Below are positions 38,149 through 49,738 of a stretch of DNA of 64,000 nucleotides, in pieces. This DNA comes from Eremomyces bilateralis CBS 781.70. Lineage: Eukaryota. The stretch lies in NCBI GenBank assembly GCA_010015585.1, contig ML975166.1; one strand, written 5' to 3'. Every line of letters begins with the position of its first letter. Position 1 is the first letter of the stretch. Below the pieces are notes generated by a model. That model ran no database searches and was not told the origin of the DNA. It was given only the letters and a program-made list of their open reading frames with translations. The position numbers were made by a program, and so were the translations under genes.

Positions 38149-40014
38149 ATGTCTGTTTTCCCGAAGCAAATGGACACCTGGCAGGAGACTGTTGCGGTTG
38201 TCCAGCAGTATCGGGACAACAGCCTCGATATCGATCCGCCGTTGTCTGGCATACCCCTAAACCTTCCATCGAATGTTTCGGAGATCCCTCGTAAATTTCT
38301 CTCTGCTATCGAATTGGATATCACGGAAACGCCACCCGAGCACCTGTTGGAAAAGCTGGCAAGCGGTGAACTCAGTAGTGTCGCAGTCACCCAGGCATTC
38401 TTGAGGAGAGCTGCATTGGCACAACGGCTGGTTCGGACCTTTCTACCCACGACCTCTCGGGTATTTGGGCGAAAAACTGATATATCCCCAGACGAATTGC
38501 CTCACGGAGCTTCTCCCCAGGCGAGCGCTCGCCCGCGCTAAGGAGCTTGATGACCACCTTTCTCAGCATGGGAAGCCAATCGGCCCTCTCCATGGCCTTC
38601 CTGTCTCCATCAAAGAACAAATCACGCTAGCAGATCATCCCCTTAACTACTCGTACGTTTCTTGGGTTGACAATGTGCCGCGTCATTCGGCCTACCTTAT
38701 AGACCTTCTCGAGACCGCTGGGGCGGTCATCCATGCGCGTACGACGCAGCCGCAGCTCATCATGCACCTTGAATGCGCGTCAAACCTGTATGGCACAACT
38801 GTGAATCCATTCAATTGTAGCCTCACATCGGGTGGGTCTTCTGGCGGTGAAGGCGCGCTTTTAGCCTTGAAAGGAAGCGCTCTTGGGGTGGGTACCGACA
38901 TTGGCGGCTCCGTTCGAAGCCCAGCTGCGAACTGTGGAGTGTGGGCACTCAGACCTACGACGGGAAGGGTCCCGATGCTAGGGATCGATGAGGACTATAT
39001 AGGCCAGGAGGCAATCAGGGCCGTGGCAGGGCCAATGAGTACGAGTTTCGAGGGGTTAAGGTCATTCATGAGGGCAGTCCTAAGAGGAAGAAAACCAGAA
39101 CTGAAAGAGCCTGGACTGATACCGCTTGGGTGGAGGGATGATGAAGCAAAATCACATTTCTGGAGTGAAGAGAAGGGCTGGAGGCTAAAGATCGGGGTTA
39201 TGTGGGATGACGGAGTTGTCAAACCCCATCCTCCAGTTCAAAGAGCTTTAAGGGAGCTCGTGGAAGCACTCAAGGAGATTGACGGTGTTGAGATACGCGA
39301 TTGGGAACCGTACCACCACGACCAGGCGTGGTCGATCGCGGTATAACCCCTTGAGGTCAATTCTCGGTCGGTTGGCGCTGATATATTCCGACAGGCAAGC
39401 CTATACTTTCCAGATGGCGGAGCGGACGAAGAGCGTGAGTTACGAGCCTCTGGCGAACCTTGGCTCCCATTGTCTCGCTGGATTGTGAAGGACAATCCCT
39501 TCTGCAAAGAGCTAGGCATGCATGATTTGTGGGATTGGACCGCAAAGCGAGAGCAATATCGCATTAAGTATGCCTCTCGGTGGCTCGAAACAGCAACCGG
39601 GGATGATGAGCGAGGTGTACCAACTGGTATGGTTGATGTCCTGCTATGTCCGGCTGGACCAGGGGCAGCACCACCACTGGAAAATTCGAAATACTGGGGT
39701 TACCTTGCCCAGTGGAATGTGTTAGATTACCCAGCTGCTGTTTTCCCGGTCACTACTGTCGATAAAGGCGCGGACAAGAAGGACCAAAGTTACAGGCCAA
39801 GAAACGAGCAGGATGCCTTCAATCATGAACTTTGTAGGTGGATTCAATGTCTTCGCTTGCAAGACTACTGACTTTTGCAGACGAACCGGAACGATACACG
39901 GATGCTCCAGTCGGATTGCAACTGGTCGGGCGAATATATGAGGATGAGAAAGTGCTTGCTGCTTTAGATTTCATATCTTCTCGGATCCAGCTTCCGCTGA
40001 GAAAAGCTACATGA
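38149..40014 (+). CDS. Amidase-signature family amidase (acetamidase/general amidase type)
   Basis: GPLHGLPVSIKE, GGSSGGEGA, GVGTDIGGSVRSPA; introns 38431-38491, 39341-39394, 39834-39880; TATAAA just upstream. Confidence 0.92.
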
Positions 40015-40139
40015 GTACAAAACATTTCGGTCACTGCTTGATCGTTTACTACACACCTATACTTGGCAAAGGGGTTCTAGGGAAGAAGTGTACACTCAAA
40101 TAACGGTATCGAAGGGAAGAGAATGATGAATTGCATCAC

Positions 40140-41239
40140 CTATGCCGCACGCCGCTCTTTACCGCTCAGCAGATATAGGTCTGCGCGGAACTGAAGGATA
40201 GGGTCATCCGAGGGTTCGATCCCCGCGACTCTAGGAATGGGGTCTACGGCGTGGTCAGATACAAATTTGTCGATATCAAGGCAATGCCACTTACCGAAGA
40301 TTATTTTCTTCTGCGTCGCCAGCAGATCCTCCTCGACAGTCTCAAGTTTCACGGTTCCGAGCTTCACTAGCTTCCGACTCTCCGGCCATACCTCAGTGAC
40401 ATCGTTTGTCGAATCGCCCGGCTCTGCAATTTGTGCCAGCAGTTTGTATTCAACAGGGCCGGCCGCCAGCTTCTGGGGTAGTTCATCAAACAAATAACTC
40501 GGCCCTTTGCCGGCAACCTCCTCATCCTTCAAATGCTTCAAACCCTCCACCGGCTGCACCTGGTACCTCACGAAAGTCTCCTTCCCCTCTTGATCGATAA
40601 ACTTGAAAGCGTTGAGCATATAGAACGCCTCATTTGCAAAACTCTCCGGAAATGGCTTTGGGAACGTGACGAACTTGAACGCTGCCGGATGCCCCCCCAA
40701 AAACGTCTCAATCGGCTTCGGCTTACCCTCTTCCGCTGTCGCTGACGTCGCAACTGCTGTGAGGAACTCCAGAAATTCAGCGCCGGTCTTCACAGGAAAG
40801 ACGGGAGTGCTGTGGCCGATGATGTCGGTATGCTGCCGCCTGCTAGAGGCATCTGTGCCCAGATTGAAGCGGATTGCAAGGCCCCGTGGGTTGGCGTTTA
40901 GGTCAGTATCCGGGATCTCGGGGATCCCAGTGGAGGAAGAAAATCGGGCGGTGATGGGGGTGGACGGGGCGTGGAAGTGAGGGGCGGTCGTTAGGGAGGC
41001 TGCTTCAGGAGTGGGTGAGAAGGTCCCGTGGATAACCAGGCCGCGGGCATGAGCTGTCGAAGTCAAGATCAGTCTCGTCTTTTACACTCTGTTATTCATT
41101 TAAGATAGGAGAGGGGGAGCTTTAAGGAGTCAGTGGACGAACCTGGTCGAAATCCCGGATGAGGCCCAAAGACCTTATGGAACAGCCCCAGCAGCTCCTC
41201 AGCGGTCTTCAAACCAGCTTGATCATTTGAGAAGGGCAT
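40140..41239 (-). CDS. Catalase-related heme peroxidase (SrpA-like short catalase)
   Basis: HPGFRP|AHARG, ARFS, PRGLAIRF, GIEPSDDPILQFRADLYLLS..RR; introns 41054-41142 and 40244-40294. Confidence 0.9.
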
Positions 41240-41846
41240 TTTGCTGCGATGAAATATGCTTCTGGTTATTTGTGCACTGGGTGACACTGATCGCGAGCGT
41301 CCACCCGGCCATTTATAAATTCTACCAAGATCGCATCCTGAGTATTAACAGTTGCCAATACCGGTATCGATTATCGTGTCATAGCCTTACTAGTCCACTC
41401 TTGCCTCGGGGGCTGACATGCAGCAGAAATTGATTACTGATTGCATGAGAATGAAATCCGAGTTTCCTTATTGGTCTGCCCTGCGGATGGGAGCACCGGC
41501 CCCGCATGGTTGGGAACCGGTGATGTGAGTTTGATGCCATTTAATAATCTGAATAGAAGATAGGATAGACATTTGCATGGGATTTGGAAATCGCCAAGGG
41601 CTAATCCAAACCAGAGTCACTGGTTGTTTTCAGTAGAGAGCTTCACAAGGAATTGCACCTTCGCGGGCAAACATGAGCGCGTCACTAATCAAAAGGAAGG
41701 CTGTCCGGATGCTCTCAGTCAGAAATTTTGTTTCCCAGCTTGGGAAAGTGTACATAAACCCTATCCGAATCAAGTCGATCAAGAGGGTTCATTTAACGAG
41801 AGGGACAGCCTGTCTCCATCACAGCCGTTGAGCTTCTGAATACTTA

Positions 41847-43021
41847 TTAGGTATTAGTTATATCCGATATGTTTATTGGTTTCCCAAGTGTGATGGATCG
41901 CTTAATCGCCTCGCAGACAATAAGGGCACGCAGTCCATCTTCCGCAGAGCACACGGGCTTCTCCTCGCCACGCACGACGTTTACAAAGTGCTTCACCTGA
42001 AGTTTAAAAGGAACGTCTGGCTTGATAATCACGTCCTCCGCTTGGATTATGTTTGTCCAGCTTGGTCCAGCCTCGTCGTAGCTCCATCTTTTCATATCTC
42101 CGAGACTCACGCTCGCGTCACTCCCTAAGATCCGTAGAAACGCTTCCCCGGACCTTGGAATGGTCGGGTTCTCGCCGGTGCCATGCTCGAAGCTCCAGGG
42201 GCTGGTGACGGCATCACTGAGTATAAAAGTCCCAACCACTCCACTCGCAAACCGCAAAATTATTGCGGCGCCTTCTTCGGCTTCAAAGTTTCGCTGGTTG
42301 ATCGTTCCTTCAGCGTGCACGCGGATGATGGGACCAAGCAGGTATTGTAGGATATCGACTTCGTGAATAAGATTGATGAGAATGACACCCCCTGAAGCGG
42401 CATATCGGCGCCAGGTGGTGGGTTCTTCAAAGTACGATGCCGGCTTGAAAACACCCCAGATACCACAGATAGCAATTACCCGGCCAAGAGATTTGGCTTC
42501 CAGGAGGGATTTGGCAGCTCGGACGTAAGGGTTGAAGCGACGATGATGACCAACAAGAAGATGGAGGTTTTGGCGCGCTGGTCGTGAGATCTGTAATATC
42601 TTAGTGCCTGGAGTTGCTGAACTATCCTCACCGCGGCGGACCGATCCAATTCCGTGCCACCCTATTTCCACACCTCCCGCCGTCGAGAACTTACCAACTT
42701 TTGCCCGCTCACAATATCGGTCGAAATCGGCTTTTCAACCAGCACATGTATTCCATGATCTAGTAACTCTTCGGAAAGTGCGACATGTGTATGGTTGGGT
42801 GTACACACAATGGCTGCATCCGGTCGATCATTAGAGTTGATCAAGTTTCTTATAGTTCGATATAGCGGTACGCCCAATCGGACTGCAACAGCTTCGGCTG
42901 CCGGGCTCGGATCGACGATGCATGTTAGCTCTGCCTCATCCTCCTCTTGAACGGCTTGTGCATGACGAGGGCCGATCAGCCCGGTGCCGATGATGGCTAT
43001 TTTGATCTTGGGACATGACAT
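41847..43021 (-). CDS. Gfo/Idh/MocA oxidoreductase, QutH-like
   Basis: IAIIGTGLIGPRHA, CTPNHTH, VLVEKP, LVGHHRRFNPY, INLIHEVD, FEHGTGENP; intron 42591-42694. Confidence 0.88.
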
Positions 43022-44022
43022 TGCAATGGTCTTGATATAAGGATCCGAGTTCGGCTTCGTAGTATCGGACGAAATCATGAGCGTCCTTCAGATCGAGTGA
43101 TAGGAGATTGACACAATAGAGAGATCTGCAATGATTGACTATCGGAGCCCCCAACGGTCGCGAGCGGCTATGGTATCACCGTCGAGGCTCGAGAGTACAT
43201 CATATTTTGCTGCCACTATTTGGACTTGAATAGAAATTGCGCGACTCAGACTAAAATACAAAGAAATGCCGAGTTTGGTACCGTTATTCACCATCGGGAA
43301 AACCTTACTCCAACAATCCTTAGCTCGAAATTAGACTAACTAACAATCATCGACTTTAGATCTTCATGATTTCAGGAAGTCACACGAGATACGCTCATAT
43401 GCTGGCTGGTAGAACAGGTTCCAATTCCCCGGACAAGCGGCACTCCATACCGTATAATACAGCCCCTCGTAGGCCACAAAGCTTGCGACATGGGAGTTGA
43501 TGTTGATAATGAATGACATTTGGATTTTTGTCTTACTGAAGGAAGAAAGACACGAGAAGTCTTAGAAATAGCCGTGGAAGCACGTGATGGGTACATCTCC
43601 AGTGTCAACAACGTTGACCCATCAAGTTATCAAGCCCTCTTCATGTATTAATACAAATAATGATTTCGCTTTAACATTGGACTTGACAAGGTCTCCTCCC
43701 GATCACTGTCATACGGGTTAGAACCAACTCCACTGCGGGGTCTGCAAATATATTAGGTGATTAGGTCATGGTTTGCTGCGTGATGCCCTGTCGTTGGGCA
43801 AGGGAGCATCCGATGTGAACTTCCTTGGTGCTGTCCCGCACCATTGAGGACTGCATTGTTCCCCTTCATTGTCAAAGGGTCATTCTTTTCGTCTGGATTA
43901 TCAGAGCAAGAGCTCATACTGCGCATCCATTACTTTTTCCAGACTAATCGCGAGCAAACTACCCGGTTGGGCGTTCTTGATATTGGAATATCAAACATCC
44001 TCGTCCCCTCAAATGGTCAGTA

Positions 44023-45089
44023 ATGGTTCTCACAACTAAGAGCCGTCTAGCTCTTCGAGCCTGGAACGTGGGATTTGTGACGCGGCGTACGATCGCCCAG
44101 TATGCCCTACCACGATATTTAGTCACCCCCGACGAACTACACACCGCGTTACAGAAGAACGTCCCGACACGCATCTCGACGGCACCACGCATCATCCCCC
44201 TCTGCGCAAGCTGGTTCCTCCCCAACGACCCCGAGAAGCGGACCGGGCATTCGACCTTTATAACGTCCCGTATCCCTCAATCCCGATTCTTCGACCTGGA
44301 TGCGATCAAGGACCGTCAGTCGCCGTATCCGCACATGCTACCGACACCAACCGCCTTCGCGGATGCGATGGGAAAGTTGGGCATACGTCGCGATGATTCG
44401 TTAGTAGTGTACGACACCAAAGAGCTGGGAATCTTCTCCGCGCCTCGCGTCGCGTGGACATTACGGGTTTTTGGCCATTCCAATGTGCACATTCTGAACA
44501 ACTTTCGGCTCTGGGTTGAATTGGGATACCCACTGGATAAGGGAGAACCGGCACCCGTGGATGAGACGGACTATCGCCCGGTACCAGATCTGGATGCCAG
44601 CAAGGTCGCCACGTTCGAGGAAATTCACGAGCGGATTCTGGAAAAAGGCAAGGAAGGGGCAGAGGAAGTGCAGATTCTTGACGCTCGAAGCACGGGACGG
44701 TGGGAAGGGAAGGACCCAGAGCCCCGCGAAGGTATGTCTTGAATGGGTGAACTTAGGTCTCCAAGTCTAGTGCACTGAACCGTTTCCTAGGCCTCTCCTC
44801 TGGCCACATCCCCCGATCATCCTCCATCCCCTTTTCATCCGTCTTGGATCCGACGACCAAGACGTTCTTACCCTCTTCGGAGCTTCGAGCGCTATTCAAA
44901 GAAAAGGGCGTTGACCCTTCAAAGGCCATTATCAACAGTTGCGGGACTGGCGTGAGCGCTGCCGTTCTGGATGCTGCCTTGGCAGAAGCCGGCTTTGCGG
45001 ATGAGGGAAGACGTCTCTATGATGGCAGCTGGACAGAATGGGCACAGAGGGTGAAACCGGAAGAGAACTTAATTCACAAGAAAGCTTGA
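44023..45089 (+). CDS. TUM1: 3-mercaptopyruvate/thiosulfate sulfurtransferase (tandem rhodanese)
   Basis: FFDLD..SPYPHMLP, SAPRVAW, DARS.GR..G.DPEPR, SGHIP, CGTGVSA active loop, YDGSWTEW; intron 44732-44790. Confidence 0.92.
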
Positions 45090-45479
45090 AAGCGGCAGAG
45101 GATGTTCTGGTGCCTTGTTTGTTTCCATGCCACGCTATCCAGCAGACTCTACGATTGTGTGATACCCCAGTCTCGTTTGTTGTGTATGGACTGTCCATAA
45201 TACTATACCTTATGATCGCTTTCAAATAGTACATACTGTATGTACCTGGAGTTTCCATATGATATGTCTGCTCGAAGTTACTTGGCGTACCATAAGGGGC
45301 CGTGCCGTATCCATATGACGTGAATCGGTCTTGCAATTTGTTCCGTACCAACGTGCTCCTCTGGCCAACTACAACCCTCCTATAAAAACACAACGTCACA
45401 CTGCGGGGCACCGATCAACATAATTCTGCAACATCCAAACAACTGAACGCAAGACTACATTTTCTCACAGAAGTCCATC

Positions 45480-46112
45480 ATGGCAGATCTCAGTCCGGCC
45501 GAGCAAGAAAAGGTCGACCAGGAGCTCCAGGCCAAACAATTCGCGGAGCAGGCCGCATTACCATACAAATGGACGCAAACGATCAAAGACGTCGATGTCA
45601 CCGCACAAGTCCCCGCCAACATGCGAGGAAAAGACTTTGATGTCAAGATCACCAAGACCAAATTACGGGTCGGATTGAAGGGTCAGGAACCGATTATCGA
45701 CGTACGTTGAAACGGATTCGATTGGTGTCGCGCAAGAACGCTGGCTGATCCGCCGCATTATCAGGGCGACCTCCCCCACCCCATCCACGTTGACGAGTCG
45801 ACATGGACCCTCGAATCGACGAAGGACGGCAAGGAGATCAGCATCCACCTAGATAAGGTCAACAAGATGGAATGGTGGGCGCACGTCATCACCTCTGCGC
45901 CGAAGATCGACACGACCAAGATCCAGCCGGAGAACAGCAACCTGGGCGACCTCGACGGGGAGACGCGGCAGATGGTCGAGAAGATGATGTTCGATCAGCG
46001 GCAGAAGGAGATGGGGAAGCCGACGTCGGACGAGATCAAGAAGACGGAGATTTTGGAGAAGTTTAAGAAGGAGCATCCGGAGATGGATTTCTCGAATGCG
46101 AAGCTGGGATGA
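45480..46112 (+). CDS. nudC: Nuclear movement protein NudC
   Basis: [61 protein letters not shown]; intron 45702-45764. Confidence 0.95.
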
Positions 46113-46323
46113 TTAGAACTGGTCGAACGCGAGATTGGTTGCAGAACATGGCCTTAAGCTAGAAGCCAGAGGACAGAGCTCACGGGTCGAGGATAAGAGG
46201 AAAGCATGCTTCAGAAGAGGTGTTTGTAAGTATATATACAGTATCAGACAAATCGAGCAGAGAGACGACCTGTTCCCGATGGCCCTGGGATTACACGTTT
46301 TACGCCGTCTAAGAGTCTCCCTA

Positions 46324-48465
46324 TCATGATTTTGAGAGCGCTAAATGGTATGTCTTGAGCTGCTCGGCCGTCATCCTCGACGGACTCTTGACAAGGGGAT
46401 CTTCACCACTCCCGGTTTTTGGGAACGCAATCACATCCCTCACCGAATTCCTACCTAGCATGACCGCAACCAGCCGGTCGAGACCCAACGCGATGCCCGC
46501 ATGCGGTGGACACCCCATACGCAGGACATCCAGCAGATGTTTGAAGTCCCCAAGCCGTGCCTCGCTAAGCTTCAGGATATCCTTCAGCATATATTCCTGG
46601 AACTTCGCATCGTGGATCCGACGACTTCCTCCGCCGAGCTCCACGCCATTCACCACGATATCGTAATGATCCGCCTTCGCGAGCAATGGATCCGTGTCGA
46701 GCAGCGCCACGTCGTCCGCCGTCTTCGGCGCCGTGAACGGATGATGCGTCGATGCCAGCCCGGTCATGCTTCCCTGGCCAACTTCGCCGTCTTCGCATTT
46801 CGAGAGGAGCGGGAAGTCCTTGACCCACAGGAACTGGAATCCGGAAGGAGGCTCCACCATCCCCGTGGTGACAGCCACTGCGTGTAACGCGAGGCGCAAC
46901 CGACCCATCGCGGTCGATCCGCCGGACAACGGTGCGTTTGCTCGGGCTTGCATGATGACCAGGTCTCCGCTCTCCAAGTCCCACTGATCCTCCAATGTCT
47001 CCGCCGCCTCGAAGCCAAGCGGTTGGAGACCACGCAACGGTTTGGTGGTGTCGTAGATGAAGATTCCCGGCTGCCCGTCGGGATTTCGTAGAAACGGCAC
47101 CGCCTCCGGGGAATCCATGAATTTCGCGGCGAAGGCGCGCGTTTCGTTGGGATTGTCCGAGACTTGGAACCGCATGGCATCGACGATCGGTATGGTCAAG
47201 GGGCTGATTTTGCCGACCAGATCCGCCGGAATCACATGCTCGCATCGAGAAATCTCCATCCCGAAACGCATGTCGGGCTTGTCGGACCCGTAGCGAGCCA
47301 TGGCATCGTCGTACGGCATGCGAAGAAACGGTCCGGGGATGTCCATGCCCAAGAGCTCTTTCCACAGCCGCGTCAGTAATGTTTCAATGCCGTTCATGAC
47401 ATCGGCGGATGTTGCGAAGCTCATCTCAAGGTCCAGCTGGGTGAATTCCGGCTGCCGGTCGGCACGTAAATCCTCATCCCGGAAACATTTCGCGATCTGA
47501 TAGTACTTGGGAATTCCGCTGGCCATAAGGATCTGTTTGTATTGCTGCGGGCTTTGCGGGAGCGCGTATGCGAGCCCTCGTTCTCGTGTCGGCACCAAGA
47601 ACTCCCGTGCACCTTCCGGTGTCGATTTGAACAGGATGGGGGTCTCGACCTCGAGGAATCGTTGGTTCGATCCTAATTCGTCCCGGCACAGTTTGGTAAC
47701 GTCGGCGCGAAACCGCAGTGCACGCTGCAGGTCGAAGTCGAAACGAAGTTGCAGGTTCCGCTCCTCCGCCGGGAATCTGGTCCCTTCAGCAATGAGGACA
47801 TCACTGGGGAATTGACCTAGCGCCTGGATCCTCTGCAGCTCCAACTCGAGAGATTGGAATTTGCGTTGGTCGAACGAGTCGCTTTTGCTAGGCTTCTTAG
47901 CCTTCAACTTCCCGGTGATGGTAACCGGGCTCTGCGGAGTAATCGTCCTGAGAATCGCGTGGGGGGCCGATGGGTCAACAGTCCCGTCTTTTGAGACATT
48001 TGCTACGGATACAACCTGTAAAATCTTGCTCAGGTCTTTGCTATATAGGGGAGCAAAAGAGAGTTTCTTGGACAGGTCGGATCTTGGGCCGAGATAGCCA
48101 TGGAGGGTCACATCGGTTCCGATAAGGGAATTCGACAAATCGCTGATGTCGCAGGTCGCTATCGGAAATTCAACTTGGAATTCTTAGCTCATTCAACAGG
48201 ATCACAGTTTGGGAGACTTACATGATCGTAAATAGGTGGACCCTTGGAAAGCGTTTTTATCATCAAACAGATGTCGAGCGGTGGAGAATCCTCTCTCCCC
48301 TATTTTGCCATTCAGGCATGTGTGTTCCTCTACTGGGTGCCATGACAAGTAGGATAGACAAGGTGGTACTCGAGGGAATCGCCGTTTTGCAGATGCCCCT
48401 GAAGTTCGGCGAAGAATGGGGACTTCCTTAGTTGCGGTATTCCATGCTCTTTTAAAGGGGGACAT
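46324..48465 (-). CDS. MSD1: Mitochondrial aspartyl-tRNA synthetase
   Basis: STPEGAREFLVP, LPQSPQQYKQ, CFRDEDLRADRQPEFTQLDLE, YGSDKPD, HHPFT, ELGGGSRRIH, PPHAGIALGLDR, VIAFPK; presequence exon 48465-48222; intron 48174-48221 (AAG acceptor). Confidence 0.94.
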
Positions 48466-48718
48466 ATGCTCTTGACCTGTCGGCAGGATGGGGATTAAAC
48501 AGACTATTTAATTCATTGGCCAATGGATTATTGCGATACCTGCTGTAGAACAAGATTAAATTATTGTTGAAACTTTGATAGACGCGATGGATTCATGTGG
48601 TGGAGCAGGGAACCAGAACTTCGTGTTAAGGCGACAAGGCGATAAGGCCGCTACACCACAGTTCCCAACCTTAAAACAAATCTTCAGATGCGATCTCTCC
48701 CACTCTTTTTTCTTCTTC

Positions 48719-48970
48719 AATGATCCTTCCAAGTTTAACTAAAGTGAGTCCTCTGAATTTCGCTATTCGCACGTTACCTGATGCTAACAAGGTTCTCTCC
48801 CAGATGATGAAAGCCTGGCGTGTAATCGATGAGCTGGCCTCCGATCGTCGCTGGGCAACTCTCCCTTCGCGGGCTTCAGTGGTTGCTCAGCGGCTCGGAT
48901 GGTTTGCATGATATCGGCGTTCGGCACACCCTATCTTGTTACTCCGACGGACGCGATGGCATCTCTGATA
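48719..48970 (+). ncRNA. snR45: snR45/U13 (SNORD13)-type box C/D snoRNA, interrupted by a spliceosomal intron (48744-48803)
   Basis: 5' AATGATCCTTCC (48719-48730) is complementary to the 18S 3' end GGAAGGAUCAUU; CTTGTTAC (48935-48942) is complementary to 18S GUAACAAG; box C ATGATGA 48804-48810; box D CTGA 48965-48968; internal hairpin 48841-48898; intron GTGAGT..GCTAAC..CCCAG. Confidence 0.85.
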
Positions 48971-49738
48971 TGATTTACTTGGAAGGTATTGGGTGGATCT
49001 GGGAACGGTTTGCTGGAGGAGAGTTAGTGATGCGAAGGGGATATTTCCCGGTTTGCTTCCAGCGTGTACATAGACGGAATAGATATTTCGTGTCAACTGA
49101 ACAACCAAGCGCCATGATATTCAGGCCGTATATCCATTCAATGGGCCGTTTCCGTCTTAAATGTTCTCGTATGCCTTGTTCCAATTGTCTCCAGCACTAG
49201 CTGCGTTCTGGACTTGTACATGAATTGCACTGTCCCGGAAATGATTCCAACCTGGTGGACTGATAGGCTACGTAACAAACAAAAGGCCCTGAAAGCCAAA
49301 GGGTCATTTCATCTGGACCATCTTGAAATTCTATGTCTCACCATCGACTGTACTGACAATAGGGATTAAATATGAATATGAATATTAATTCTGGCTGCTG
49401 CCGAATCTCGTCGACCACCTCCACCAAGATCCCCCCCCTGCTGTGCTGCATGTGTCTGAGTTGTTCTCATGCCGTGACGGCCGTATTCTCGTACTTCGCA
49501 AACCCCCAATCTCACAGTATGCCGACCACATAACCTCCACCACTTTCTTCCAAATCCACCACGAAATCCCTCTGTGCAGCTCTCAAACTCTACTGCGGCC
49601 TCCTTATAATACCCTGAGCGTCCAGCCTCCCACTCATCCCCCACGCGAGCGACCCACTTGGCCATGGCTTGACGACATCGATCGAACCTCTGAATTCCGA
49701 TTCCATATCCAGGACTGAAAAGTCCCTCATAACAGCAG

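Noticed and set aside
36029..43021. Quinate/shikimate gene cluster (DAHP synthase plus QutH-like gene)
   Set aside because: No quinate permease, dehydroquinase, dehydratase or qut regulators in the window.
48600..48670. tRNA-Val(AAC)-like look on the minus strand (gtggtgtagcgg..cttAACacg, gggaac/gttccc stem)
   Set aside because: No GGTTCRA T-loop, no proper anticodon stem, and too short; more likely promoter sequence (GATAAG-type motifs) between MSD1 and the snoRNA.
48720..48911. 63-aa ORF, and its spliced version, over the snoRNA
   Set aside because: Better explained by the snoRNA guides, boxes and hairpin; no protein features.
49023..49100. Second box C/D snoRNA candidate (GTGATGC ... CTGA)
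   Set aside because: Imperfect box C and no rRNA complementarity that I could recognise.
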